NCBI RefSeq assembly: GCF_964213995.1
Contig: NW_027590121.1
Coordinates: forward strand, 2,604,001-2,668,000
Origin: Mustelus asterias
Lineage: Eukaryota
Length of the DNA stretch: 64,000 bases
Direction of reading: 5' to 3'
The notes beneath the pieces are model-generated. The model had not been told where the DNA came from and made no database searches. It was given only the letters and a program-made list of their open reading frames with translations. Position numbers and translations under genes: made by a program. Each line of letters starts with the position of its first letter. Position 1 is the stretch's first letter. Positions 43,157 to 55,900 of this stretch are shown piece after piece.

Positions 43157-44933
43157 TATTGTTCTTTGTATTAGCTGAGTTGTAAATCAGTGAAAGCCAG
43201 CATAATACTTGGTCTGTGAAACACTCCGACATCCATGAACTTTGTTTTAAAGAAATCTACATTTGAAAGCCCAGTCATTGCATGAAATATCAGACAATAA
43301 CGGGGAAATAAGAAAGACAGACACTCACTTTGATCCTTTCGTCAGCACATCTGAGAGTTAAGAATGTGTGACATGATTTTGGGACACCGGAGTGAGTGTG
43401 CAGATGTGATTTGTTACGTGTGAAAAATAGCAAGCCTAAATTCATGGTGAGATGGAGTGAAGAGCGGGTCCCAAACACACACAGCTACTTGAGACACAGC
43501 AGGAGATGAAATGGTTAATGTGGCCAGGGGATTGAGACAACATTGTGACATCATCAAGGCACTGACACACACTCCAGAGAAACTGAGTTCAAAACAATCA
43601 GGATCCAATTAAACACACTGCACATGCTCACAAAGTGAGGAAAATTAAAGTAAAATGAATAATATTATAGATTGGGACAATTAAGGGCTTGGGGGAAATA
43701 ACACAGAGTAAGAACTGTCCACAACTTAGGGGTAAAGAGAGAGCTGGAGAATCTTTTACATCCATGTTTGATCTGTTGCTTGAAGCATCTGTCCTTATGT
43801 ACAAGTAACGTAGAACTCACAGCGCTTCTTCAGGAGAAGAAAAGATCGAGTAGATGTTACCCCAGGCGGGACCAGAACAGAACTGGAAAATAACGGAGTG
43901 AAGTTGAGTGAGGGGTCAGAGAGAGAGCATGTTTAACAGCTCTCTTGAAAGCCCAGCATGTTAAAGAGCCTGCCAACCCCTCTCACCCACTTTCCCTAAA
44001 GTGCATCAATCTCATCAGGAAATGTCCAGAAAAATCAAATATTTTTACTGATAAAAGTTTATTAATGAAACAGAACATGGTTAAAACAAACAGAAAATGA
44101 CTTGAGGATCAAAGACAACCAGAGTAAAAGGATGTTCACAATGTTCTGGACACAAATGGTTTCTCTTCAGCTCCTCTGTACCCTGTTCCCGCGACTCCCC
44201 GCTTTGGATACAGGGACACTGAACCCCGGGGGTCACCCCACCATCAGCCTCGGTCACCCCCTCCCATGTCCTGATTGGTTGGAGGCCCATTTCCCACTCC
44301 AGTACCTTCCCATCTCTCTACCAGTGCAGTATCCCAACTGGGGCCCAGGCCCCGTTATTCTCAGCTAAGTTCAGCCCTCAGCTCCGTTGCCTGGCTGTCA
44401 TTGACACGAGCAACAGAGAGACAGAAAGGTGCCCCAGGCTCAAATGGGAAGTCGAAACTTGTGTCCCTAAACCAACGTTTCAACATTTGTCAGCCAAATC
44501 CATGTTATTGACACTGGGGAGTTTTTATGATGAGATTAATTGAAGTGTTCGGCTCGTCAGCAAGCTCGAGAAGCACTGATTCCAGATTGTTCAATACTTC
44601 TGTCTTGAATCACAAAAGCTTCTCACTTTATCCCCTTCCTGAACTGAATTCCATCATCCTGAGCAGCTGTGGGTGTCACCTCTCTGTGTAAACTCCTGCC
44701 CCTTTTTATAAGGCTCTCTCATCCTTATTGTGGGTCAATTCTTTAATGGTTGAGGATCACTCTGTGATGCAGTGTGTGTTTATCCGGTCAATCAATGTTT
44801 CTGATGTCAGTCAGAATGTCCATCGTTACTTTTCACCTGTTTCTTACTCTGTGTTTTATAAAAATAAAGTTTATAAACTTTTACAGAATGGTCAGCTTTA
44901 AGGTTTCTGTAGGTGGTGATTAGGTCATCCAAA

Positions 44934-47900
44934 GGTCAAAGCCTCTCTCTTTTCTCCTTCCCGTTTAACTAAGGGGTTGTGTGGAATATTCCATTCAGGG
45001 GGAGGTGGTGGGAATGTCTCTGGCCGAGTAATGCAGAGACGCAGCAAAGGATCCGGGGACAGGCAGCTGGTGGGATTTGAATTCAGTGAATCAATCTGGA
45101 ATTATATAAAGTTAGTGTCAGAAACGGTGACCATGAAACTTTCATAGATTGTTGTAAAAACCTGTCCAGTTCACCCTATTAATGCTCCCTATTAGGGAAG
45201 GAAATCTGCCATCCTTACCCGGTCTGGCCTACATGTGAATCCAGACCCACACAGCGATGTGGGTGACTCTTAACTGTCCCTCTGAAATGGCTGAGCAAGT
45301 CACTCCATTCAGGGGCAATTAGGAGCTGAGCAACGTGTGCTGGGGCTTTGCCAGCAGTGTCCACATCCCAGGAAAGAATAAAGAATATTCCACAGAAAGT
45401 GATGGGTGATTTGAAATGAATTGAAAGTAGGTCAGGAGGTGCTCGTATCGTCCAGAGCTGCTTTTCAATGGATCCTCCTGTTTAAAATAAAAACACATCA
45501 GTGTGCCCCTTTCCCAGACACACTGACCTTGGAATATCACAATGCTGTTTTTAAACATTCCTTTGTTAAAGAATCAGTCATTTAGAATTGTGAAACAGAC
45601 AGAAATTAAATGTTCCGTTTTTCCTGGGATCCTCCTGTGCCTGGCACCGGTGTCCTGAACAAGGTTATTAACATTCTCTGGGTTAAAGGTTCCTCCTGGT
45701 TCTTGCTGTCTGTTGTGTCCTTTGTCACAGTCGGTACCAGGACATTTCTATTGAAAGGTTGTTAAGAAATTCCAGTGAATTCCAGCCCCTTGTGTAACGT
45801 TCCATTTGGTGTGCGTCAGATTCAGAGATGTCCACGTGTGTGTGAAAAGGGTTCTGGGTAAGGGTTTTAACCCTTCTTTCCCCGTTAGTAACAATGAGCC
45901 CTGTATTCAATTCTAAAGTATAAAGTCCTCATTAGATATCAATTCTACCTGTTATCTACATTTCACCAACCAGTCTATATTTTCATCACAGGACTGCAGT
46001 GGGAGCACCGTCAACATCTTACTGACTGGATCGATTTTATCGAGGAGGTGACGAAGGTGATCGATGAGGATAGAGCAGTGGATGTTGTGAACATGGATTT
46101 TAGTGAGGCTTTCGACAAGGTCCCTCATGGTCGGCTCATCCAGAAGATTAAGATGCATGGGATTCACGGTGACTTGGCCACTTGGATTCAGAATTGACTT
46201 GCCCATAGAAGTCAGAGAATAGCGGTGGAGGGTGTTTTTCTGACTGGAGGTCCATGACTAGTGGTGTTCCACAGGGATCCATACTGGGACCTGCGCTATT
46301 TGTGACAGATATAAATGACTTGGATGAAAACGTGGATGGGTGGGTTAGTAAGCTTGCAGACGACACAAAGCTAGATGGAGTTGTAGATAATGTCGAAGGT
46401 TGTCAAAGGATACAGTGGGATGTAGATCAGCTGCAGATATGAGCGGAGAAATGGCAGATGGATTTCAATCCGGGCAAGTGTGAGGTGCTGCACTTTGGGA
46501 GATCAAATATTAAGGATAAGTATACAGTTAATGTACAGAGGGATCTTGGGGTTCAAGTCCATAGCTTCCTGAAATTAATCACACAAATATTTAGTCGGTA
46601 AAGAAGGCATATGGCATACTTGCCTTTATTGAGTACAAGAGTCAGCATGCCATGTTGCAGCTTTATAAAACTTTGTTTGGGCCGCGCTTAGAATATTGCG
46701 ATCAGTTCTGGTCGCCACATTACAGAAAGGATGCAGAGGTTTTGATGAGGGTGCAGAAGAGGTTTCCCAGGATGCTGCCTGGATTGGAGGGTGTGAGCGA
46801 CTGACAAACGAGGGTTGTTTTCTCGATAGCGGTGGAGGGTGAGGGGAGACCTGATAGCAGTCTATAAAATGAGAGACATAGAATCTTTTCCCTCAGAGTT
46901 GATATGTCGAATACCAGGGAGCATGCACTTAAGGTGAGACGGGGAAAGTTCAAAGGAGATGTGAGAGGTAAGGTTTTTTACACAGAGAGTGGTAGGTGTC
47001 TGGAATGCGCTGCTAGGAGTGGGGGTGGAGGCAGATACGATAGGGGCATTTAAGGAGGTTTTAAATAAGCACATGAATATGCAAGGAATAGAGGAATATG
47101 GACCAAGGGCAGGCAGAAAGGAATAGTTTAATTTGGCATCATGTTCGACACAACATGGTGGGCTGAAGGGTCTGTTCCTGTGCTGTGCTGTTCTACGTTC
47201 TATTTGTGATCTCCATTTAGAAAAAGGAAATAGAGACACTGGAGAAGGGGCAAGAAAGATTCACAAGAATAATCCCAGAACTGTAATCACTTGTGAACTC
47301 ACTGGTGTTTCACCAAGTTTGTTGAGTGAATCCCTTCCCAGTCAGAGCAGGTGACCAGCCTCTGCCTGGTGTGAACTCACTGGTAGGACATTAGTTCCCG
47401 AGAGCTTTTGAAGCCACGCCCACATTTAAAGGGTCTCTCCTGGGTGTGATGATGTTGTGTCTGGGCAGGCTGGATAACTGAGTAAATCCTTTCGCACACA
47501 CCAAGCAGGTGAATGGTTTCTCCCCGGTGTGAACTCACTGGTGTTTCAGCAGTGTTGATGATATTCTAAACCTCCTTGAAAAGTGAGAGCAGCTGAACGG
47601 CCTCTCCCCGGTGTGAATGTGCTCGGGGATCATCAGTTCCTGAGAGCTTTTGAAGCCGGCCTCTCAGGCAGAGCATTTAAAGGGTCTCTCCTTGGAGTGA
47701 GCGGCTTTGTGTTTCTGCAGGCTGGTTGACTGAGTGAATCCCTTCCCACACACAGAGCAGGTGAACGGTCTCTCCCCGGTGTGAACTCGCTGATGTTCCC
47801 ACAGGCTGGATGACCTTTTAAACCTCTTTGTGCAGTGAGAGCAGCTGAACGGTCTGTCCTCAGTGTGAATGCGCTGGTGGGACACCAGGTCCTGAGAGCT

Positions 47901-49336
47901 TTTGAATCCGCTCCCACAGTCAGAGCATTTAAACGGTCTCTCATTAGTGTGAGTGACTTTGTGTCTGCGCAGGTGGGATGAAGTAGTGAATCCCTTCCCA
48001 CACACAGAGCAGGTGAACGGTCTCTCTCCAGTGTGAACTTGCCGGTGCACTCGCAGGTTGGATGATGTTCTAAACCTCTTTGTGCAGTGAGAGCAGCTGA
48101 ACGGTCTCTCCTCAGTGTGAATGCGCTGGTGGGACATCAGATCCTGAGAGTCTTTGAAGCCACTCCCACAGTCAGAGCATTTAAATGGTCTCTCATTGGT
48201 GTGAGTGGCTTTGTGTTTCTGCAAGCTGGATGAAGTTGTGAATCCCTTCCCACACACAGAGCAGGTGAACGGCCTTTCCCCGGTGTGAACCCGCTGGTGT
48301 ATCTGCAGGTTGGATGAAGTTCTAAACCTCTTTGTGCAGTGAGAGCAGCTGAACGGTCTCTCCTCAGTGTGAATGCGCTGGTGGTCCCTAAGTACCTGAG
48401 AGCTTTTGAATCTGCTCCCACAGTCAGAGCATTTAAATGGTCTCTCATTGGTGTGAGTGGCTTTGTGTTTCTGCAGGCTGGATAACTGAATGAATCCCTT
48501 CCCACACACAGAGCAGGTGAATGGTCTCTCCCCAGTGTGAACTCGCTGGTGTATCTGCAGGTTGGATGAAGTTCTAAATGTCTTTGTGCAGTGAGAGCAG
48601 CTGAACGGTCTCTCCTCAGTGTGAATGCGCTGGTGGGACATCAGATACTGAGAGCTTTTATAACCACTCCCACAATCACAGCATTTAAATGGTCTCTCAT
48701 TGGTGTGAGTGAGATTGTGTTTCTGCAGGCTGGAACACTGAGTGAATCCCTTCCCACACACAGAGCAGGTGAACGGCCTCTCCCCAGTGTGACTGCGTTT
48801 ATGAATTTCCAGCTCAGATGGGAACCCGAATCTCTTCCCACAGTCCCCACATTTGCACGGTTTCTCCATGGTGCGGGTGTCCTTGTGACTCTCTAGGTTA
48901 AACAATCAGTTAAATCTCACACAGAACACAGGTACAGTCTCTCCCCGCTGTGAATGCTGCGATGCATTTTCAGGCTGTGTAACTGGTTAAAGCTCTTTCC
49001 ACACTCAGTGCACTGGAACACTCTCACTCGGGTGTGTGTGTCTCAATGCATTTCTGGTCACAGCGATGTTTACAATCTTTTGAACCCAACAGGCCAAACA
49101 AACATTTCTCCTGCTAGATTCAAAGGTCGATGATATTCAGGTCCCAAGAAATCGAGTCACTCTGTCAGATCTCGATGTGATGTTGGAGATTTCTGTCTGA
49201 TTTCTCCTTGTCTAATATCCTGTAAGTCAATTTAGAAAAAAAATCGCAATTCAGAATACGATCGAAATTCAAATCTACATTTCTAGTTTCTATGGAGCAT
49301 TCATTAAAAACACAGTCATGGAGCATTAAACTTGCC
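44934..49336. repeat. Segmental duplication copy 2 (contains a DeuSINE at about 44999-45386 and CR1 at about 46030-47205)
   Basis: Colinear with 13672..18245. Confidence 0.93.
47664..48869 (-). CDS. C2H2 zinc-finger protein F, 401 aa, 14 fingers; recent paralog of C
   Basis: accATGG at 48869, the same KCSA* terminus as C, acceptor at 49220/49219. Confidence 0.9.
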   Translation of the reverse strand: MEKPCKCGDCGKRFGFPSELEIHKRSHTGERPFTCSVCGKGFTQCSSLQKHNLTHTNERPFKCCDCGSGYKSSQYLMSHQRIHTEERPFSCSHCTKTFRTSSNLQIHQRVHTGERPFTCSVCGKGFIQLSSLQKHKATHTNERPFKCSDCGSRFKSSQVLRDHQRIHTEERPFSCSHCTKRFRTSSNLQIHQRVHTGERPFTCSVCGKGFTTSSSLQKHKATHTNERPFKCSDCGSGFKDSQDLMSHQRIHTEERPFSCSHCTKRFRTSSNLRVHRQVHTGERPFTCSVCGKGFTTSSHLRRHKVTHTNERPFKCSDCGSGFKSSQDLVSHQRIHTEDRPFSCSHCTKRFKRSSSLWEHQRVHTGERPFTCSVCGKGFTQSTSLQKHKAAHSKERPFKCSA

Positions 49337-50100
49337 GAGGCCTGTTCCCGGGAGGGAGGGAGAAGCCCCACAGCTGCAAACCAGGGAGCTGACAATGATT
49401 CTGAAGGGTTTGCGGATCCACAAAGTGTTTCCAAATCCTCCCAGCCACCGCCTAACGCTGACTCCGCTTCTCCGGGACAAACAAGCGCCAAGGACAGCAA
49501 TGACACTGCGCATGCTCCACATCACAATGCCCGGGGGCTGATTGACGGCAGCTCCGGACCAATAGGAAGGGGCGGGGCTGGAGGACCGAGCAGGAGCGGC
49601 TGGTCCTCCAACCAATCGGAGTGAATGAGGGGCGGGGCTGGAGGACCGAGCAGGAGCGGCTGGTCCTCTAACCAATCGGAGTGAATGAGGGGCGGGGCTG
49701 AGGCGTCCCCATACAACGCACGGGAAGTAGTTCGCATGCGCAGTAATGTTACAGTCTGGAGCATGCGCAGTAAGCAACGGCGTTTGCAGTACGCACAGTG
49801 TGGGTGGTAGCAATCGGAGAGAAGTTCCTCTGTCATCAGCAGCCGGTAAGGATGCGGAAACATAGAGGGAGCAATGGAACCGGCGGATGGACGTAGAGGG
49901 TTTCTAAATACCTGGTCAAGGCCTCAAATCTCGAAAATGAGCCCGTCGGTCTGTGTTTGCAGCTTCCGGTCTTTTTCCCGAGGCGAGGTTAACGGCCGCC
50001 ATCTTGATTCAGCAGGGAGGAGAGCGCATGCGCGGTGTCTTGGTGACGCAACAGCGAGTGGGCGGGACTTCATGTTTCTGCTTCCCCTCCAGGTCCTAAC
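49337..50100. promoter_or_regulatory. Bidirectional CpG-island promoter for ZNF-F (-) and ZNF-H (+)
   Basis: About 2.5 copies of the 60-bp GC/CCAAT unit (49555-49702), several gcatgcgc motifs, and GAG|GTTAAC plus YY1 gccgccatcttg at 49988-50006. 49337-49700 is an inverted homolog of 30455-30770. Confidence 0.75.
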
Positions 50101-50300
50101 TCCCGGTCCAATAGCACAATGAGCAATAGGTTTCGAAACAGCTTCACCCACCCAGGCTGCAGCTGCTGTTTGCAGCCTTGATGAGTCCATGGGCCATGTC
50201 CATATTCAGTGTGAGAGTTGAAAACCCTGTATAGTTCCCTAAAGCGGTTACACAGCTTTTGGTTACACTTCAGCCCCGGGCTCCTCATGTTTACATAGAA

Positions 50301-50387
50301 ACATGATGTGGAGATGCCGGCGTTGGACTGGGGTGAACACAGTAAGAAGTCTCACAACACCAGGTTAAAGTCCAACAGGTTTATTTT
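50301..50387 (-). mobile_element. Penelope tail fragment
   Basis: Reverse-complement match to 1905-1935 and 1981-2045. Confidence 0.8.
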
Positions 50388-50719
50388 GTATTTGCTACCA
50401 AGTAAACCTGGTGAGACTCCTTACATAGAAACATACACAGAAAATAGAAGCTGGGAGTCGGCCGTTCGGCCCTTCGAGCATGCGCCGCCATTCATTATTG
50501 TCATGGCTGATTATCAAATTCAATACCCTGATCCCTGTCGCCCCAAGAGATTTATCGAATTGAAATCAGACTCTACTTCCACTTTTGAAGAACGTGAATC
50601 CAAAGATTCATGACCCTCTGAGAGAAAAACATCTCATCTCTGTTTTCAATGGGCAAGGCTGTTTTTTAAAACAGCGACTCCCTAGATTCTCCCCTGAGAG
50701 TAAACATCCTCTCCAGATC

Positions 50720-51141
50720 CAAAACAGAAAATGCTGGAAAATCTCAGCAGGTCAGGCAGCACCTTTTCTCCCCCTTTGCTTCGCCTTTCCCCCTTTTTCT
50801 CAATTTGTCCTCCCTCCAATCCACCCCCCCCCCCTCCCCCACATCTTCATCCATCACAACTTCTTCAGCTTCTCTGCTGTTTGGCCATTCACACTTTCGA
50901 TTCTCTCTATGGACTGCCATTAGCATCCTTTCCTCTGGTTCCTGTGGCTTGGACCCATCTTTCATTCCCTCACAGTGTAAATATCTCCCACTTTCTATGC
51001 CTTTTTTATGCTTTGACAAAAGGTCATCTGGACTCGAAGCTTCAACTCTTTTCTCTTCTCACAGATGCTGCCAGACCTCATGAGATTTTCCAGCATTTTC
51101 TCTTTTGGTTTCAGATTCCAGCATCCGCAGTAATTTGCTTT
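50720..51141 (+). mobile_element. Penelope-type (second family) terminal fragment with an inverted arm, nested in a decayed CR1
   Basis: aaaatgctggaaaatctcagcaggtc (about 50728) is inverted at about 51074-51100; decayed hammerhead tgacaaaaggtcatctggactcgaagct at about 51014. Confidence 0.55.
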
Positions 51142-51956
51142 AACCCTTCTCTCCATATCCACCCTGTCAAGAGTTTTCAGAATCTTGAAGGTTTAAATTA
51201 AGTTGCCTCTTACTCTTTTGAAGTCGAGCAGAAGCTAAACTCAAGCAGAGACTGTCTCACTGCTCCTCATCAGACAATCCACCTATTCCAAGTATTAATC
51301 TACTAAACCTTCTATGAACTGCTTCTCATAAAGCAGTTAAGGAATAATATGCACTCATATTCTTTCTTAAATAAGGAAACCAATAATGTACACACTGCTC
51401 CAGATATGTCTAACCAATGCCCTGTGCAACTGAAACATAACTTCCCTGCTTTTACTCAATTCCCCTCATAATAAATAATAGTTTTCTGAATTACTTGTAC
51501 CTGAGACAATATTGCGATTTTCTATCGTGATGCATTTTGGACACTTTTTCTTAAACAGGGGGTTAGAAAGGGAGGATTTACACACAACAAGCTCAAACCA
51601 AGAGTTGTCTCTTCTGATGTAGGCTTTCTGAATGGGATAAGTAGGTAGATGTGAATGGAATGTTTCCACTTGTTGGTGTTTCCAATACTGGGAACCATGA
51701 ACAGACAACAGAGACGAATAAATCAACAGGAGGAGATATTTATTTCTTCAGACAGTTGTTAGAATATGGAACTCACCGCGACTGGAAGTGGTTGAGACAA
51801 ATACTTGAGATGCTTTAAAAAGGAAACCAGATGAGAACATGAGAGAAAAGGGATTAAAAAGTTGAGCTGAAAAGCTGAGTTGAGGTGAGCAGAATGAGAG
51901 GAGATTTGTGTGGATTAGAAATTCCAATACAGATCAGGGGTGGGGGTGGGGGGTGG

Positions 51957-52306
51957 TGGAAGCAGTGGCACAGTGGAACTATCACTGGACTAGCAACCCA
52001 GAGACCCAGGATAATGTTCTGGGGACCAAGGTTCGAATCCCACCACAGCAGATGGTGAAATTTAAATTCAATTAAAAGTCTGATGATGACCATGAAACCA
52101 TTGTTGATTGTCGTAAAAACCCATCTGGTTCACTGGTTTCCTTTAAGGATGGAAATCTGCCGTCCTTACCTGGTCTGGCCTACATGTAACCCACAGCAAT
52201 GTGGTTGACTCTCAAATGCCCTGTGAAATGGAGGGCAGTTGGGGATGGGCAGTAAATGCTGTCCCCGTCGGCGATGCCCACACCCCGTAAAAATGAATTA
52301 AAAAAA
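51957..52306 (+). mobile_element. SacSINE1-like DeuSINE
   Basis: Head with ggttcgaatcc, Deu core and tail. Confidence 0.8.
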
Positions 52307-52344
52307 TTAGACTGGCCTGTTTGTGTTTTGTGTATCTCATGTAT

Positions 52345-52640
52345 TCATAGAATCCCTACAGTGCAGAAGGAGGCCTTTCAGACCACCCCACCCAGGCTAT
52401 TCCCGTAACCCCACATATTTACCCCGCTAATCTCCCTAACCTACACATCTTGGGACAGAAAGGGGCAACCACCTAACCTGAACATCTTTGGAGAGTGGGA
52501 GGAAACTGGAGCGCCCGGAGGAAACCCACACAGACATGAGGAGAATGTGCAAACTCCATACAGACAGGTAACCAAGGCTACAATCGAACCCAGGTCCCTG
52601 GTGCTGTGAGGCAGGAGTACTAACCACTCTGCCATCCATG
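52345..52640 (-). mobile_element. HE1-type V-SINE ending about 25 nt before the ZNF-H acceptor
   Basis: Head, V-domain and tail on the reverse strand; acceptor ttgcag|G at 52666/52667. Confidence 0.82.
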
Positions 52641-52849
52641 TAATTCTTTGTAAACTTACTTTGCAGGAAATTGAAGAGAAGGATCTGCAGTCTGGATGAT
52701 CGAATCTCACGTCTGACAGAGTCAATCGGTTCATCGGGATCTGAAAATTTGTGCATCTGAAGGGATTTAATTGACCATCTCAGTTGGAAACTGGTGAGAA
52801 TCCGTTCATCTGCTCCTCCTGTGGGAAGGGATTGAAACAGCTGGAAAAC

Positions 52850-54211
52850 ATGCTGACACGACAGCGAACTCGCAATAGTGAGAGTTCATTCACCTGCTCC
52901 GTGTGTGGGAAGAAATTCATGTGTTCGTCCAACCTGCTGGCTCACCAACTCGATCACATTGATCAGAGGCCTCTTCAAAGCTCTGACTCTGGGGACAGTG
53001 TCGAGACATCTGAGGAACAGGCCCAACACCAGCTCCTTCACACTGACGAGAGACCGTTCAGCTGCTCCCACTGCGGGAAGAGGTTCAGCCAGTCCTCCCG
53101 CCTTGCAGAGCACCAGCTCCTTCACACACACGAGAGACCGTTCAGCTGCTCTCACTGTGGGGAGTCGTTCAGCGACTCAGTGCATCTCACTGAGCACCAA
53201 CAAGTTCACACCAAGGACAGGCCATTCAGCTGCTCCCAGTGTGGGAAGAGATTCACTCAGTCCTCCCACTGCACCGTTCACCAACAGGTTCATTCTCAGA
53301 AGAGACATTTTAAATGTTTTAAATGTGAGAAGACCTTCAAAAGAAGGATTAGTCTGCTGAGACACCAGGACACTCACACCGGGGAGAAGCCGTACCCCTG
53401 TTCTGTTTGTGGGAAGAGATTCGCTCATTCATCTCATCGTCTGACACACAAGCGAGTTCACACTGGGGAGAGGCCTTTCCTCTGCTCCCTGTGTGGGAAG
53501 AGATTCACTCGATTTTCACACCTTTTGACACACAAGAGTATTCACACTGGAGGGAAACCATTCACCTCCTCAATGTGTAGAAAGGAAGAAGTTCAATCAA
53601 CTGACCAGCTGACACACCAGCGAGTTCACACTGGGGAGAAGCTGTTCACCTGCTCGGTGTGTGGGAAGGAATTCACACGGTCTCACTATCTTCTGAGGCA
53701 CCGGCGAGTTCACACTGGGGAGAGGCCATTCCTCTGCTCCGTGTGTGGGAAGATGTTTCCTCGTTCATCCCAGCTTGTGATACACGAGCGTGTTCACACA
53801 GGGGAGAGGCCTTACGCTTGCCCTGTGTGCGGGAAAGCATTTGCTTCTTTACAACACCTGCTGAAACATCGGCCTGTTCACACCGGGGAGAGGGCATTCA
53901 TCTGCTCCGAGTGTGGGAAGGCTTTCACGGAGTCATCCAGCCTCCGGACACACCGCCGCACTCACACAGGGGAGAAGCTATTCTCTTGCTCCATTTGTGG
54001 CAAGAGATTCACTCAGTCGTCTGACCTGCTGAGACACCAATACATTCACACAGGGGACAGGCCGTTCACCTGCTCTGTGTGTGGGAAGGGATTCATTGAT
54101 TCATCCTGCCTGCAGACACACCAGCGAGTTCACACCGGGGAGAGACCGTTCACCTGCTCTGTGTGTGGGAAGGGATACACTCAGGTATCCAGCCTGCAGA
54201 GACACCAGTGA
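52850..54211 (+). CDS. Divergent C2H2 zinc-finger gene H: about 13 intact fingers, nonsense codon at 54209, three more finger units to 54475; start codon uncertain
   Basis: The open frame 52784..54211 begins with TTG; the first in-frame ATG is at about 52850. cag TGA gtt replaces cag CGA gtt. Confidence 0.72.
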   Translation: MLTRQRTRNSESSFTCSVCGKKFMCSSNLLAHQLDHIDQRPLQSSDSGDSVETSEEQAQHQLLHTDERPFSCSHCGKRFSQSSRLAEHQLLHTHERPFSCSHCGESFSDSVHLTEHQQVHTKDRPFSCSQCGKRFTQSSHCTVHQQVHSQKRHFKCFKCEKTFKRRISLLRHQDTHTGEKPYPCSVCGKRFAHSSHRLTHKRVHTGERPFLCSLCGKRFTRFSHLLTHKSIHTGGKPFTSSMCRKEEVQSTDQLTHQRVHTGEKLFTCSVCGKEFTRSHYLLRHRRVHTGERPFLCSVCGKMFPRSSQLVIHERVHTGERPYACPVCGKAFASLQHLLKHRPVHTGERAFICSECGKAFTESSSLRTHRRTHTGEKLFSCSICGKRFTQSSDLLRHQYIHTGDRPFTCSVCGKGFIDSSCLQTHQRVHTGERPFTCSVCGKGYTQVSSLQRHQ

Positions 54212-54537
54212 GTTCACACCGGGGAGAAGCCGTTCACCAGCTCTGTGTGTGGGAAGGGATTCACTCAGGTATCCAACCTGCAGAGACACCAGCGAGTTCA
54301 CACCGGGGAGAAGCCGTTCACCGGCTCTGTGTGTGGGAAGGGATTCACTGATCCATCCAGCCTGCAGAGACACCAGCGAGTTCACACTGGGGCAAAACCG
54401 TTCAACTGCTCCATGTGTGGGAAGGGATTTACTCAGTATTACAGCCTGCTGAAACATAGACGACTTCATGTGTGACCGGCAACGTTGGATTCTGTTGTTT
54501 CTGCGCCCTGAGATAAACAATAACAATTGGATGAATA

Positions 54538-54890
54538 GGGGAGGCAGCGGCACAGTGGAATTATCACAGGACTCAGGGTAAGGCTCTGGGGACCCAGGTT
54601 CGAATCCCACCACAGGCAATGGTGAAATTTGAATTCAATTAAAATCTCGAATTAAAAGTCTAATGACAAACCTTAACCATTGTTGATCGTCGTCAAAACC
54701 ACTCTGGTTCAGTCATGTCCTTTAAGAAAGGAACCCTGCTGTCCTTACCTCGTCTGGCCTACATGTGACTCCAGACCCACAGCAATGTGGTTGACTCTCA
54801 AATGCCTTCTGAAATGGAGGCAGTTAGAGATGGGCAAGAAATGCTGGCCCAGCCAGTGACGTCTACATCCAGTAAAAATTAATTTTAAAA
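54538..54890 (+). mobile_element. SacSINE1-like DeuSINE
   Basis: Head, Deu core and tail. Confidence 0.8.
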
Positions 54891-55900
54891 AGATCCTCAG
54901 TATCTCAGTAACCTCCTCCAGTCCCACAACACTCTGTGTAAATACAAGTTGTTGATGATTATGCCCTGAGATAGAAAATGTGAACCCGATTCCCCTCGTC
55001 CACCAACACAGCAACTTCTTCACAAAAATTGAAGCACATGGGATTGGGGCGAATGTATTGAGATTGAAAACTTTTTGGCAGACAGTAAATAGAGTAAGAT
55101 TAAACAGGTCTTTTTCCAACTGGCAGGCAGTGATTATTGGGGTAATGCAGGATCAGTGCTAAGACCCCAGCCAGTCACCTGCCATGGGTCTTCTGTTTTT
55201 TTCCCCCCGTTTACAATGCATCATTTTTAAATTGTTGCTTCTTAATATTCTAATTTAAAACCATGGATAAGCTCAAACCACTTTTGGATAACCTGTGACT
55301 CCCTGATCAAGAATCTTACCGACCACTGCATGCCATCCTGGTCACCGTATTATAAAAAAGATATCTCTGCACTGGAGAAGGGTACAGAGATTATTTTTAA
55401 TGATGATACCAGAAATGTAGAAAGCAGCTCACCACCACCTTCTCAAGGTCAATCTGAGGTTAGCAATAAATGCTGGCCAAGCTCGCGATGTCCACATCCC
55501 ATAAATGATTTTTAAACTGTGTATTTGGTTATCCATCAGGAAAGGATTGACACGCTCACGCTTTCTTGAAAAATTAAGGCTGAGGGGGAACCTAATAGAG
55601 GGCTTCAAAATTATAAAAGGTTTTGAAATAATGTTTCTTCTTTTGGAGAAAGGCAAAACTGGAGACCATCAATACAAGACAGTCGCCAAGAAACCCAATA
55701 GGAAATCCAAGATAAATTTCTCCACCTAAAGAATGGTGAGAATATGGAAATCATGACCACAGGGAGTGAAATGAACAGTATCGATGTCTTTCAGGGGAAG
55801 CTCAACAAGTATTTGTGTGTGATTTTATAATTCATTCAGGATTTACATCAAAAAAACTGAGAACAGTAAGGTAACAGGAGATATTTTGAGGCATCTGAGA

